From a virus, in IMG/VR virus record IMGVR_UViG_3300031965_000002, positions 2,082-66,081 of that record: a stretch of 64,000 bases of DNA, one strand, 5' to 3'. The notes under the pieces are model-generated. The model did no database searches. It had not been told where the DNA came from and worked only from the letters and a program-made list of their open reading frames with translations. The position numbers were made by a program, and so were the translations under genes. Below are positions 51,191 to 60,788 of this stretch, piece by piece (within the stretch, counting starts at the first letter, position 1; every line of letters begins with the position of its first letter).

Positions 51191-52647
51191 GCACACGAAG
51201 AAGACGATGGCGACGAGTTGATCGAGAATTAGACAGAATCTTAGAATACGGTGCAAATAAAAGAGGAAATATGAACAAAAAAGAACTGTCTAAAGTTAAA
51301 CTAATAGATTCTACACTTGATCAATATATACTTGCCATGCGGCACGTAGAAGGCGGGTCCGTACAGAGTGAGGCTATACAAGATTTTTTCGGAGATGATA
51401 GTTACGAGAATATTTCAGACAATAGTTTTCATCCATATTCTCATTATAAGCTTCAATGGGTACAGTCTCAATACTTCGAAAAACTAAATATGAAACTAGT
51501 TAAGGCATGCGACTATGGATGCACAGGCGAGCAATCGCCACAGATGATAGATATCGAGCATGAGCCCAATAACATATTCAAGGGGTACAAGCAAGGTTCT
51601 ATATTCTACACATCAGAAGACGGTACAAAGAAAATTGTTATTATAATTCACGAAAGCTACAATTCTAGTGGCTTCACTTATAGTCTCTATCACAACATAG
51701 ACAATGATACTCTTCTAAAAGATTGGATAGATTTAGCTGATAAAAAGAATTTCTATAAAGGCAAGAAGGTAGATGCTTCATGCCGTTTTTTAGAATTAGC
51801 TAACCACTCATGGGAAGATGTTATTCTTCCTGATAAAACATTGGACGTTATTAAAAATAACGTGTTAGATCTTTTTAATTATGCTGATACTTTTCGTAAG
51901 TTCGGCATATCAATGAAGCGAGGTATTATTCTTCACGGTCCTCCAGGAACAGGCAAAACACAGGTATGTAAAGCAATAGCGAATGAAGCTAATGTTTCCG
52001 TTCTTTATGTTTTACCTTCTGATTTTCAGAGCGATCGCGGTGGCGTGCGACGAGTTACTCAGATGGCAAAAGACCTGGCTCCATGCATTCTTATTATAGA
52101 AGATATGGATTGGATCGCAAAGAACCGTCATTCGAGTATGATTGCAGGTTTTACGATGGAACTTATGAACCAGCTTGATGGATTGGAGGAGTTCGGAGAA
52201 ATCGTAACCATTGGAACTACTAATGCTCTTCAAGACCTAGAGAACGCTGTCAAGAATCGACCAGGTCGATTTGACCGAGTAATCGAGATTCCATATCCCA
52301 AGCAAGAGCAAAGGGAAGCAATGATAAAGCTTTTTACTAGCAACTTCACCCTTCGCGATGTCAATATAGAAAAGATCGCAAAAACCTTCGATAATCTCTC
52401 CGGCGCTCATGTTCAAGATATTTGCCAGACTGCGGCTCATTTCGCCGTCAGAGATGGTAGTATAGAATCGAATGACGAAGAACTTATTATCACAGAAGAA
52501 CACTTCAAAAAAGCTTGGAAAGAAGTAAAAGATAAAGATTATTCTTCTTACCAAGAAACTCAATCAATAGAAGGTAGAAAGTCCAATTTTGGCTTCCAGT
52601 CAAGGTCTTTATCCGATTATCTCGATGACGATGATAGCCGTCTTTAA
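51187..52647 (+). CDS. AAA+ ATPase
   Basis: GIILHGPPGTGKT, LIIEDMD, NQLDG, TTN, RPGRFD. Confidence 0.92.
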   Translation: MSTRRRRWRRVDRELDRILEYGANKRGNMNKKELSKVKLIDSTLDQYILAMRHVEGGSVQSEAIQDFFGDDSYENISDNSFHPYSHYKLQWVQSQYFEKLNMKLVKACDYGCTGEQSPQMIDIEHEPNNIFKGYKQGSIFYTSEDGTKKIVIIIHESYNSSGFTYSLYHNIDNDTLLKDWIDLADKKNFYKGKKVDASCRFLELANHSWEDVILPDKTLDVIKNNVLDLFNYADTFRKFGISMKRGIILHGPPGTGKTQVCKAIANEANVSVLYVLPSDFQSDRGGVRRVTQMAKDLAPCILIIEDMDWIAKNRHSSMIAGFTMELMNQLDGLEEFGEIVTIGTTNALQDLENAVKNRPGRFDRVIEIPYPKQEQREAMIKLFTSNFTLRDVNIEKIAKTFDNLSGAHVQDICQTAAHFAVRDGSIESNDEELIITEEHFKKAWKEVKDKDYSSYQETQSIEGRKSNFGFQSRSLSDYLDDDDSRL

Positions 52648-52688
52648 CTCTTACCTATTTTCTAGTAATTTTCTTTGGTGAAGAAGGG

Positions 52689-52715
52689 AAGGTAAGGTTT
52701 TCTGATGGTCGAATA
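52689..52715 (+). promoter_or_regulatory. Putative sigma28-like promoter of nrdJ
   Basis: AAGG-N15-GTCGAATA, about 50 nt before the ATG at 52766. Confidence 0.5.
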
Positions 52716-52765
52716 GTTCTCTTACGACTGATAGTAATGAGACAAGATTAATCGGAGGTTTTTGA

Positions 52766-55700
52766 ATGACTATGTCTACTATTAAAGACGCGATACAGCT
52801 TACAAGAAAAGATACTATAGACTTTTTCGGTGGTGATGAACTCGCCACCGATGTTTTTCTTAAGAAGTATGCCATAACTCGCACTGACGGAACTCTTGAA
52901 GAATACTTGCCGCCTCAAATGTGGGAACGAATGGCACGTGCGGCTTCGTCCGTAGAGAAAGACCAGGACGTTTGGTATCGTAAATTTTATTCAGTGCTAG
53001 AAGGCTGGAAGGCTGTTCCTCAGGGCAGCATTATGTTTGCGCTTGGAAATCCATACCAGCGTTCAAGTTGTTCCAACTGCTTTGTGGCAGGAACCGAAGT
53101 TCTTACCAAGAATGGTCCTAAAGCGATTGAATCGGTCACTACAGATGATTATGTTCTTACTAAATCAGGTGTTTACCATAGGGTAGAGCAGCTTCATATT
53201 AGCGAAATCGAGGACAGAGGGCTTTTTTCTTTTAAAGCATATCGATCTCCCTGGACTTCGTGTACGGGTAATCATTCTTTCTGGTCAATAACTCAAGAGC
53301 AAATTAAGTGGGGAGAAGGGCCATCGTGGAATCCTGTGTCTCATTTGAGACCAGGAGATTATATAGCCATACCAAGGCAGTCTGATTTTTCCAAAAACAG
53401 AGAAACGATTGATTTACATATGGCTGCAAAGCAAGGCCTAAATTCTTATCAATTTGATTCTGTTAGTTATGATATTGTTGAGCAGGCAGGAAAATTTGGA
53501 TTAGTGGCAAACTTTTCCGGCAGAAGAAATGAAAAAGAGTATAAGTCATCAAAATCCCTAAACAAAGTCTCAAAAGGTTTTTATCTGGTTGAAGAATCAG
53601 CCTATATGCTTGGAGTCTGGTTTGGAGATGGCTGTGTTTTTGGTAGAACAAAAGAAGATCCTGCGCCTATGGGTATATCTTTTACCTTTGGGGCTCATGA
53701 AAAAGAAAACTCATACAAAATTAAAGATATCGCTGAAAGATGTTTTGGTCTTGGGGGTAAGATATTAGAAAATAAGAACGATAACACAATCCAGGTTATA
53801 TTTCACAGCAGAGCACTTGGGCTTTCTTTTGAGCATCTTTTTGGAAGAGGCTACGACGGTAAGCGGTTGCCAACTATTTTATACAAAATGCCTAATGAGA
53901 TCGTTTTTGCCTTTCTTCGGGGATTAATTGATTCAGACGGAACAATAACCAAAGATGGCGATATACGAATAGTTCTTAATAATAAGCCGCTTATTAAGCA
54001 GGTTTATCATTTGCTTAGGTCGCGTAGCTATCTGGTTGGTTATGCCGAAAGTGGCTCTTCTGCACGAATAGATTTACCTCGAAACGATGATATAATTGAC
54101 AGTCTCTCAAAGAAATATGCGGACGATAGGCTTCTTGTTGCCGCAAACAAAGAGTCAAGATCACTAAACTCTCTAACCATAGATGAGGCAGTATTTGTCC
54201 GCATAATGGACAAGAAAAAACTCCAACACGAACAAGGAGAAAAAGTATACAACATAGGAGTTGATTCAGATCATTCATATACTGTCCACGGAATGGTGGC
54301 AAAGAATTGCTTTGTAGTGCCTATCCATGAAGACTCGTTGGAGGGCATTTTTAATGCAGCCAAAGAAATGGCGCAGACTTATGCTTATCGCGGTGGCGTA
54401 GGCATAGATATATCACCGTTACGACCGGATGGCGCTGTCGTTTCTAATGCGGCAAGAACGTCAACGGGCGCATGGTCGTTCATGGATTTATATAGCTATA
54501 TAACTAGGCACATTGGTCAGCATGGCCGTCGTGGAGCCTTGATGCTTACCATTAGTGATAGTCATCCTGATTTACTTAAGTTTATAACATCAAAGACAGA
54601 CCTAACAAAGGTCACAGGCGCTAATATTTCTGTCAAGATTAGCAATGCTTTCATGGAGGCAATTGAAAAAGACTTGACATGGAAGATGGAGTTTTCTACC
54701 AGTCACCAAAAGGTTGCGCAGGAAATGTCTGCACGCGAGATTTGGCATACGCTTGTTGAATGCGCTACAAGCACGGCTGAGCCAGGTATTTTATTCTGGG
54801 ACCATATAATAGATGAGTCGCCTTCTGACTGCTATGCTGATGATGGCTTCCGCACAATTTGTACAAACCCCTCGTTTAGATGGGATACCAGGATTGTTAC
54901 AGACAGGGGAGTGATGCTTATTAAAGATATAGCTGAAAAAACCCCGGTATGTAGAGTAAGAAATATCCTTGGAGAGTGGCATGATGCTTTTGCTTTCAAA
55001 TCAGGAGAAAATAAAAGACTATATAAGATTTCGTTTAGCGGAGGAAGGGAAGTTTTCTGTACAGCAGAGCATCAATGGCCAGTTCTGAATACATCTGGCA
55101 ATCTTATAAATCTTCAAACTGGAAAGATAAAGAAAAAGAAGACAGAGACCCTTTCAAGAGGAGATAAGATATACCTACCTGTATTTGATAAGCCCATTGA
55201 CAATAACAACTGTATTTTTACTGAGGAAGACGGATTTGTTTTAGGGTGGTACCTGGGAGACGGATATAAGACCTATCATAAGAGGCATAAATCAGACCAG
55301 TTTGGTTTTGTGTTTGGGCCAGAAGATCAAGAATACAAGATATCTGAGACTGTGTTGTCATATACTAATAGGCATTCAAATTCAATTTGCAACCTAACAC
55401 CGGATCATGGTACCTCAACACAAGCTTATTGTACAAGAGACAAGAAGGTTGTAGGTAAACTAAAGGCAATTGGTTGTGATGATAAAGAAAATGGAATTCC
55501 AGCATCGGTATGGGGCGGAAATGATAGGTTTATTAAAGGATTTTTAGATGGACTATTTAGCGCAGATGGATATGTTTATGTAAAGCCAAATCTTGCTAAT
55601 TGCCAAGTCAAACTTGTTACTAAACATGATAAACTGGCAGATGATCTGGTAAGTCTCCTTATGTTTTATGGGATAAGAGCCACGGTTACCAGAAGCGACA

Positions 55701-57478
55701 AGCCGTCTACTTTTCCAAAAGTTAAATATAATAATTCAGAAAGACTATATCATGATGTGTGTATTTCTGGATATAATGCCTTTTTGTTTGCCAAGACATT
55801 TTCTTTAACGAACCTGTCCAAGCAAAAACGATTGGATGAGATTATTCAATCGGACACAAGTTCATATAAAAAAGAAAGAGTATATCAGGTTGTTACTTCT
55901 GTTGAATCTACAGAGATATTTGAAGACGTGTACGATATCTCTGTAGACGATGAAACACATACATTCCAAATGGAACAAGGTATATCAGGTAACTGTTCCG
56001 AAATCCCACTTCCTGCCTATGATGCCTGTACGCTTCTCTCGATGAACATGACTCGTTATACGCGAAATGATTTCTCCAGAGATGCTTATTTTGATTTTGA
56101 GGCGTTTGCTGAGGACGTAGAGGTTGCTTTGCGTTTCTTGGACAATGTGAAGGAAATTGACCTTGATTTGATGCCTCTTGAGCAGCAGAGAGAGGTCGCG
56201 GCCAAGGGGCGTCGTGTTGGTATGGGAACCAACGGTCTTGGCGATACGCTTGCTAACCTCGGTATCAAGTATGACAGCGACCGTGCGGTTGAGTGGGTAG
56301 ATGAGTTCTACGAGTTTTTTGCGAAGACTGTATATAAGGCATCCGCTGAGCTTGCGAAGGAAAAGGGAGCATTCCCTGTTTTTGATGCAGAGAAAGAGAA
56401 AGACAACCCATTCCTTAAGCGGATTGGTTTTGCCGGTGTTCCTCGTCGCAACATCGCTGCTTTGACTTGTGCGCCTACGGGCTCTCTTTCATGCCTTTGC
56501 CAAACCTCATCCGGCGTTGAGCCTGTCTTCCGTAATTTCTATAGGCGTCGTCGTAAGATTACTCATAACGAAGCTACGGATATACCGCAGGACCATTTGC
56601 ACAAGGATGGTATTGGCGATATTTGGCAAGAATATGATGTTGCTCATCGCAATGTTGAACGATTCTTGGATCGCCGTCACATTTCGCTGAAGAACAAGAA
56701 GGCTGAAGATATTAAGCTCCCCAGCTATTTTGTGGAATCGGATACAATTGATTGGACGATGCGAGTTAAGATTCAGGCTGCGATGCAAAAATGGATTGAC
56801 CACGCTATTTCATCAACGTGCAACCTTCCGAAGGGAACGACTGTTGAGACAGTCAAGAAGGTTTATGAAGAGGCGTTTAAGTCTGGATGTAAGGGCTTTA
56901 CTGTTTATGTAGATGGCTGTCGCGATGGTGTTCTTATTACGAAGGAAGATGCCAAGTCAACTTCGATATCCAAGACCGATGCTCCTAAGCGACCCAAGGA
57001 ACTGGATGCAGATGTTTACCATATTACAGTCAAGGGACAACAATATTTTATTATGGTCGGTCTTCTTGACGGAGAACCATATGAATGCTTTGCTGGCAAG
57101 AATGGTTTTATAGATAACAAAAAGAAACATTGTAAGATTAAAAAGGTCAAGAGAGGTTGCTATCAAGCTATTTTCGACGATGGCGAAGTCATTGAAAATA
57201 TCGCAGACTACATTGAAGATGACGAGGCGGCAATCACAAGACTTATTTCTCTTTCGCTTCGTCATGGAGCAGATATCAAACACTGCGTTGATTCGCTTGA
57301 GCGAGTTCCCGGAGATATGCATAATTTTGCAAGGTCGCTTTCTCGTGCTATCAAGAAATATATTCCTGATGGCACGGAAGTCACAGGTCGAACCTGCGAT
57401 ACTTGTAATGGAGATAATCTTATAAGAGAAGAGGGCTGCATCAGGTGCGCTGATTGTGGATGGGCTGGCTGCGGATAA
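52766..57478 (+). CDS. nrdJ: Class II (B12-dependent) ribonucleotide reductase with two inteins and a C-terminal TSCPD/zinc-ribbon domain
   Basis: After intein removal: SNCFV, RGGVGIDIS.LRP.G, GRRGALM, GANISV, TNPCSEIPL, RRVGMG, APTGSLS, DHAISSTCN; C-terminal CDTC...C..CG. Confidence 0.93.
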   Translation: MTMSTIKDAIQLTRKDTIDFFGGDELATDVFLKKYAITRTDGTLEEYLPPQMWERMARAASSVEKDQDVWYRKFYSVLEGWKAVPQGSIMFALGNPYQRSSCSNCFVAGTEVLTKNGPKAIESVTTDDYVLTKSGVYHRVEQLHISEIEDRGLFSFKAYRSPWTSCTGNHSFWSITQEQIKWGEGPSWNPVSHLRPGDYIAIPRQSDFSKNRETIDLHMAAKQGLNSYQFDSVSYDIVEQAGKFGLVANFSGRRNEKEYKSSKSLNKVSKGFYLVEESAYMLGVWFGDGCVFGRTKEDPAPMGISFTFGAHEKENSYKIKDIAERCFGLGGKILENKNDNTIQVIFHSRALGLSFEHLFGRGYDGKRLPTILYKMPNEIVFAFLRGLIDSDGTITKDGDIRIVLNNKPLIKQVYHLLRSRSYLVGYAESGSSARIDLPRNDDIIDSLSKKYADDRLLVAANKESRSLNSLTIDEAVFVRIMDKKKLQHEQGEKVYNIGVDSDHSYTVHGMVAKNCFVVPIHEDSLEGIFNAAKEMAQTYAYRGGVGIDISPLRPDGAVVSNAARTSTGAWSFMDLYSYITRHIGQHGRRGALMLTISDSHPDLLKFITSKTDLTKVTGANISVKISNAFMEAIEKDLTWKMEFSTSHQKVAQEMSAREIWHTLVECATSTAEPGILFWDHIIDESPSDCYADDGFRTICTNPSFRWDTRIVTDRGVMLIKDIAEKTPVCRVRNILGEWHDAFAFKSGENKRLYKISFSGGREVFCTAEHQWPVLNTSGNLINLQTGKIKKKKTETLSRGDKIYLPVFDKPIDNNNCIFTEEDGFVLGWYLGDGYKTYHKRHKSDQFGFVFGPEDQEYKISETVLSYTNRHSNSICNLTPDHGTSTQAYCTRDKKVVGKLKAIGCDDKENGIPASVWGGNDRFIKGFLDGLFSADGYVYVKPNLANCQVKLVTKHDKLADDLVSLLMFYGIRATVTRSDKPSTFPKVKYNNSERLYHDVCISGYNAFLFAKTFSLTNLSKQKRLDEIIQSDTSSYKKERVYQVVTSVESTEIFEDVYDISVDDETHTFQMEQGISGNCSEIPLPAYDACTLLSMNMTRYTRNDFSRDAYFDFEAFAEDVEVALRFLDNVKEIDLDLMPLEQQREVAAKGRRVGMGTNGLGDTLANLGIKYDSDRAVEWVDEFYEFFAKTVYKASAELAKEKGAFPVFDAEKEKDNPFLKRIGFAGVPRRNIAALTCAPTGSLSCLCQTSSGVEPVFRNFYRRRRKITHNEATDIPQDHLHKDGIGDIWQEYDVAHRNVERFLDRRHISLKNKKAEDIKLPSYFVESDTIDWTMRVKIQAAMQKWIDHAISSTCNLPKGTTVETVKKVYEEAFKSGCKGFTVYVDGCRDGVLITKEDAKSTSISKTDAPKRPKELDADVYHITVKGQQYFIMVGLLDGEPYECFAGKNGFIDNKKKHCKIKKVKRGCYQAIFDDGEVIENIADYIEDDEAAITRLISLSLRHGADIKHCVDSLERVPGDMHNFARSLSRAIKKYIPDGTEVTGRTCDTCNGDNLIREEGCIRCADCGWAGCG
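53078..54307 (+). mobile_element. Intein 1 (410 aa) with LAGLIDADG endonuclease
   Basis: Starts CFVAGTEV, ends HSYTVHGMVAKN, followed by Cys; internal MLGVWFGDG and FLRGLIDSDG. Confidence 0.9.
54872..55993 (+). mobile_element. Intein 2 (374 aa) with LAGLIDADG endonuclease
   Basis: Inserted in TNP|CSE; starts SFRWDTRIVT, ends HTFQMEQGISGN; internal LGWYLGDG and FLDGLFSADG. Confidence 0.9.
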
Positions 57479-57503
57479 TCTCTCGACACCTTTTCATACG
57501 TTT

Positions 57504-57543
57504 GACCCCTGAGAGTGCTATGCTCTTGGGGGTCTTTCTTTTT
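57504..57543 (+). terminator. Intrinsic terminator after nrdJ
   Basis: GACCCCTGAGAG-N7-CTCTTGGGGGTC followed by TTTCTTTTT. Confidence 0.75.
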
Positions 57544-57569
57544 GCCGATAATTTGTTAAAGGAGGAAAT

Positions 57570-58028
57570 ATGTACAAGATAAAAGTCAAAAAACTAGATG
57601 AAGCAGCGATAGTCCCTGAATCAGCAAACGAAACAGACGCAGGATATGACCTAATTGCCATTGACGACGGCACGTTCAAGGAAGATGAGCAGGGCAATAT
57701 TCTCTATATTCAGTACCGCACGGGGATAGCCATTGCGCCACCATCTGGATACCACACTGAGATATTCCCCCGCTCAAGCATCAGCAAGACCCATCTTATG
57801 CTTGCGAACAGTATAGGGCTTGTTGATGAATCTTACCGTGGCGAAATTCTTATAAGATTTAAGGTTATACCATCTGGAATGAAAGTATCTTCGATTATGA
57901 AGTACAACGCAGGAGATAGAATAGCTCAATTGGTTATTCGTAAAACAGAGAAAGCGACTTTTGAGCTTGTGGAAGAACTAAATAAAACCGACAGAGGAGA
58001 AGGTGGTTTTGGATCAACGGGTGAATAG
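57570..58028 (+). CDS. dut: dUTPase
   Basis: AGYDL, PRSS, GLVDESYRGE, RIAQLV, RGEGGFGSTG. Confidence 0.95.
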   Translation: MYKIKVKKLDEAAIVPESANETDAGYDLIAIDDGTFKEDEQGNILYIQYRTGIAIAPPSGYHTEIFPRSSISKTHLMLANSIGLVDESYRGEILIRFKVIPSGMKVSSIMKYNAGDRIAQLVIRKTEKATFELVEELNKTDRGEGGFGSTGE

Positions 58029-58471
58029 ATGTAGGTAAGTTTGTTTATTTTTACTTCATCTAAGGTTCCAATATGGGTATAGTAACTTATTGTAATGGAT
58101 ATAGCAGTGGCTCTCATAAAAAAGTCGAGGTCACTTGTGATTTTCAGGCTTCTTGTAAATGTAAGAAAAAATGGAGTGTCGAATACAGGCTAGCTCATAG
58201 AACAATGAATAATAATGGCGGCAAAATAATATGCCTATTTTGCTCTAGAAGTATAAAAAATTCAGGTCGAAACAATCCTAATTGTATATATTCTATGATA
58301 GATGATAATATGTTTGAATCAGTATTGTCTGAAGAAAAAGCATATTTATTAGGATGGATAGCAAGTGATGGGACCATAACAGATAATTGGATATCTATAG
58401 AACGAAGCAGAGAACCTCTACCCTCGTGGTAGAGGGTGAACGCGACCAATAGTAAAATATTTCAATCTTAC

Positions 58472-58500
58472 TAAAGGATTATCTACAGAAATGCCGAAGA
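58472..58500 (+). promoter_or_regulatory. Putative sigma28-like promoter inside IS element 2
   Basis: TAAAGG-N15-GCCGAAGA, 10 nt before the tnpB ATG; same geometry as in element 1. Confidence 0.55.
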
Positions 58501-58510
58501 TATATGTAGA

Positions 58511-59674
58511 ATGACACTCAAAGCTTTCAAATACAGATTGTACCCGACACCAAACCAAAAGCAACTTCTGGCTCAACACTTCGGACATTGTAGATATGTC
58601 TATAACTGGGGGCTAAATCAAAAACTACAACAATACCAAAAAAAAGGCAAATCAGACTCTTGCATCACGCTCATCAATAAAGTAACAGAACTCAAGAAAC
58701 AATCAGATACGATTTGGCTTAAGGATGTCAACGCTCAAGCTCTACAGATGAGCCTGAGAAATCTTGACAATGCTTTCACCAGGTTTTTCAGAGAAAAGAA
58801 AGGCTTTCCTAAATTTAAGAAACGAAACAATAGACAGTCTTTCCAGTGTCCTCAAGACTGTTCAATTAATTTTGATAACGAACTTCTTGCTATACCTAAG
58901 TTCAAAGGTAAAAACCAAATCAAAATCAGAGTCAGCAGAAGGTTCGAAGGCAAAATCAAGACTGTCACTATCAGTAAAAATCCATCAGGCAAATACTTTG
59001 CTTCTATACTTGTTGAAGTTCCAGAAGAAGTTCCTCAGAAACCTGTTGTTAGAGAAGATGCAACTATTGGTATTGACTTAGGATTAAAAGACTTTGCTAC
59101 TATTTCAACAGGAGAGAAGATTGCTAACCCAAAACACCTCAAGAAGACCTTGAGCAAAGTAAAGTATCAGCACTACAAGTTGTCAAAAACGACAAAAGGA
59201 AGTAAGAGAAGAGAGAAAGCAAGGCGTAATCTTGCTAAAACACATGAAAAGATAAAGAACCAGCGAGATGATTTTTTGCATAAACTTTCGCACAGATTAA
59301 CCCATGACAGCCAAGTGGATACAATTTGTATGGAAGACCTGAATGTTCAGGGTATGCTAAAGAATAATAAGTTATCTCAATCCATTTCTGATGTTTCGTG
59401 GTCAAGATTTGTTGAGTTTCTTAAGTACAAATGCGATTGGTATGGCAAGAACTTGTTCCAGATAGGCAGGTTTGAACCGAGTTCAAAGATGTGTACTTGT
59501 GGTAAACTCAATAATGACTTGAAGTTGAGCGATAGAGAATGGGTTTGTCAGAGTTGCGAAGCAACTCATGACAGGGATGTTTTGGCTGCTCAGAACATTA
59601 AGAGATTTGGGTTGATTAGATTAAATAGTGTACCGTGGGAAGCGCGGGAATCAACGCTCGTGGAGACTGCTTAA
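58511..59674 (+). CDS. tnpB: TnpB RNA-guided endonuclease
   Basis: KAFKYRLYPT, RuvC motifs IGIDLG / CMEDL / DRDVLAA, zinc finger CTC...CQSC. Confidence 0.95.
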   Translation: MTLKAFKYRLYPTPNQKQLLAQHFGHCRYVYNWGLNQKLQQYQKKGKSDSCITLINKVTELKKQSDTIWLKDVNAQALQMSLRNLDNAFTRFFREKKGFPKFKKRNNRQSFQCPQDCSINFDNELLAIPKFKGKNQIKIRVSRRFEGKIKTVTISKNPSGKYFASILVEVPEEVPQKPVVREDATIGIDLGLKDFATISTGEKIANPKHLKKTLSKVKYQHYKLSKTTKGSKRREKARRNLAKTHEKIKNQRDDFLHKLSHRLTHDSQVDTICMEDLNVQGMLKNNKLSQSISDVSWSRFVEFLKYKCDWYGKNLFQIGRFEPSSKMCTCGKLNNDLKLSDREWVCQSCEATHDRDVLAAQNIKRFGLIRLNSVPWEARESTLVETA

Positions 59675-60347
59675 GGTTCATGTTTGCTTTGCAAACAGGT
59701 GAAGCGTCAGCGAAACGAGAATCCCCTACGCTCGTCGTAGGGGTACTTCAAAGAGATTCACAATAAAGATTTGGTCATACTGGGACGCCTAAAAAGCGTT
59801 GTATCGAATGACTTAGTGATTAGACACAGAAAGAATAGGCCATTTAGTATATTGAAAATTAGTTCTAAACAAATATCAAAAGATGTTTGTTCGTTATTTC
59901 ATATAGAACCAGGAGCTAAAGACAGAAAAATATGCTTTCCAGATTTGTCTAGCAAAAAACTACAACTAGCTTTTGTTCGAGGTCTTTTTGATGGAGATGG
60001 AAGCGTTAGTAATCCTTATGGAAGAAAAGAATACAAATATCCAGCATGCTCAATAGCAAGCTATTCGGACGATGTAAAAAAGGCCATTAGAGAGCTGTTT
60101 GATAGCGTAAATGTAACTTCCTCTAAAATAGAGTGGAGTGGAGATGAAGCGATGAAAGTTATGAGCATGATTTATGATGATGCACTATTGTATTTACCTA
60201 GAAAGCGAGAGAGGTTTGAGGTTTGGAAGTGTATAAGATCATTTCGTAAATCCTCTCCCTTCTAAAGGCTACAGGGGCGAAGTTCTTGTAAGATTTAAAG
60301 TTGTACCATCAAAAGGAGATGGGGACTCGGCTCAACAGGAGGCATAA

Positions 60348-60779
60348 ATGAAATACCTATTATCTTCTAGCTACATGCGCAAAGTCGCTGGCGATGCCAA
60401 GACTTATGAGCTAAACGGAAAGCTCAAACAGCAAGATGACGGATATGTATATGTTGATATACTCGATAGCATTATGCAACCGTTTGTTAGTTTGATAGAT
60501 GAAGATGTTGAGAAACCGCCCTCAGATTTGGGCGCTCACATCACGGTTATTTCAGCAGAAGAATGTCCTAGCGAAGAAATATTGGAACTAGGAGAAGATA
60601 TCCCTTTTGTGTTGAAAGGGTTAGAGAAAGTCAATCCCGATGGCTGGGATGAGATGAAGAATGTTTGGTTTCTTAGCCTTGATTCGCCAAGGCTAGAAGA
60701 AATCAGGAAGAACTATGGCTTATCAGCTAAACATAAAGGGCACAACTTTCATATTACAGTTGCAGTTGAGCCTAAATGA
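60348..60779 (+). CDS. 2H phosphoesterase
   Basis: Two HxT motifs, GAHITVIS and NFHITVA, about 80 aa apart; AGGAGG RBS. Confidence 0.8.
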   Translation: MKYLLSSSYMRKVAGDAKTYELNGKLKQQDDGYVYVDILDSIMQPFVSLIDEDVEKPPSDLGAHITVISAEECPSEEILELGEDIPFVLKGLEKVNPDGWDEMKNVWFLSLDSPRLEEIRKNYGLSAKHKGHNFHITVAVEPK

Positions 60780-60788
60780 GCTTAATAG

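Larger units (their letters stand above)
58399..59751 (+). mobile_element. Non-autonomous IS200/IS605-family element 2 (tnpB only)
   Basis: Inserted after CTAT (58395-58398); left-end hairpin CCTCTACC-CTCGT-GGTAGAGG preceded by AGAA; right end GAAT-CCCCTACG-CTCGT-CGTAGGGG-TAC-TTCAA. Confidence 0.9.
58073..60265 (+). pseudogene. Zn-finger plus LAGLIDADG homing-endonuclease-like gene split by IS element 2
   Basis: Joining 58073-58398 to 59752-60265 gives an intact 279 aa frame: KAYLLGWIASDG...WISI-EIHNKDLVIL...FVRGLFDGDGSV. Confidence 0.85.

Noticed and set aside
58399-59751. IStron (group I intron plus TnpB) interpretation
   Set aside because: Only 112 nt lie between the left end and the tnpB start and 77 nt after its stop, too little for a group I intron core.
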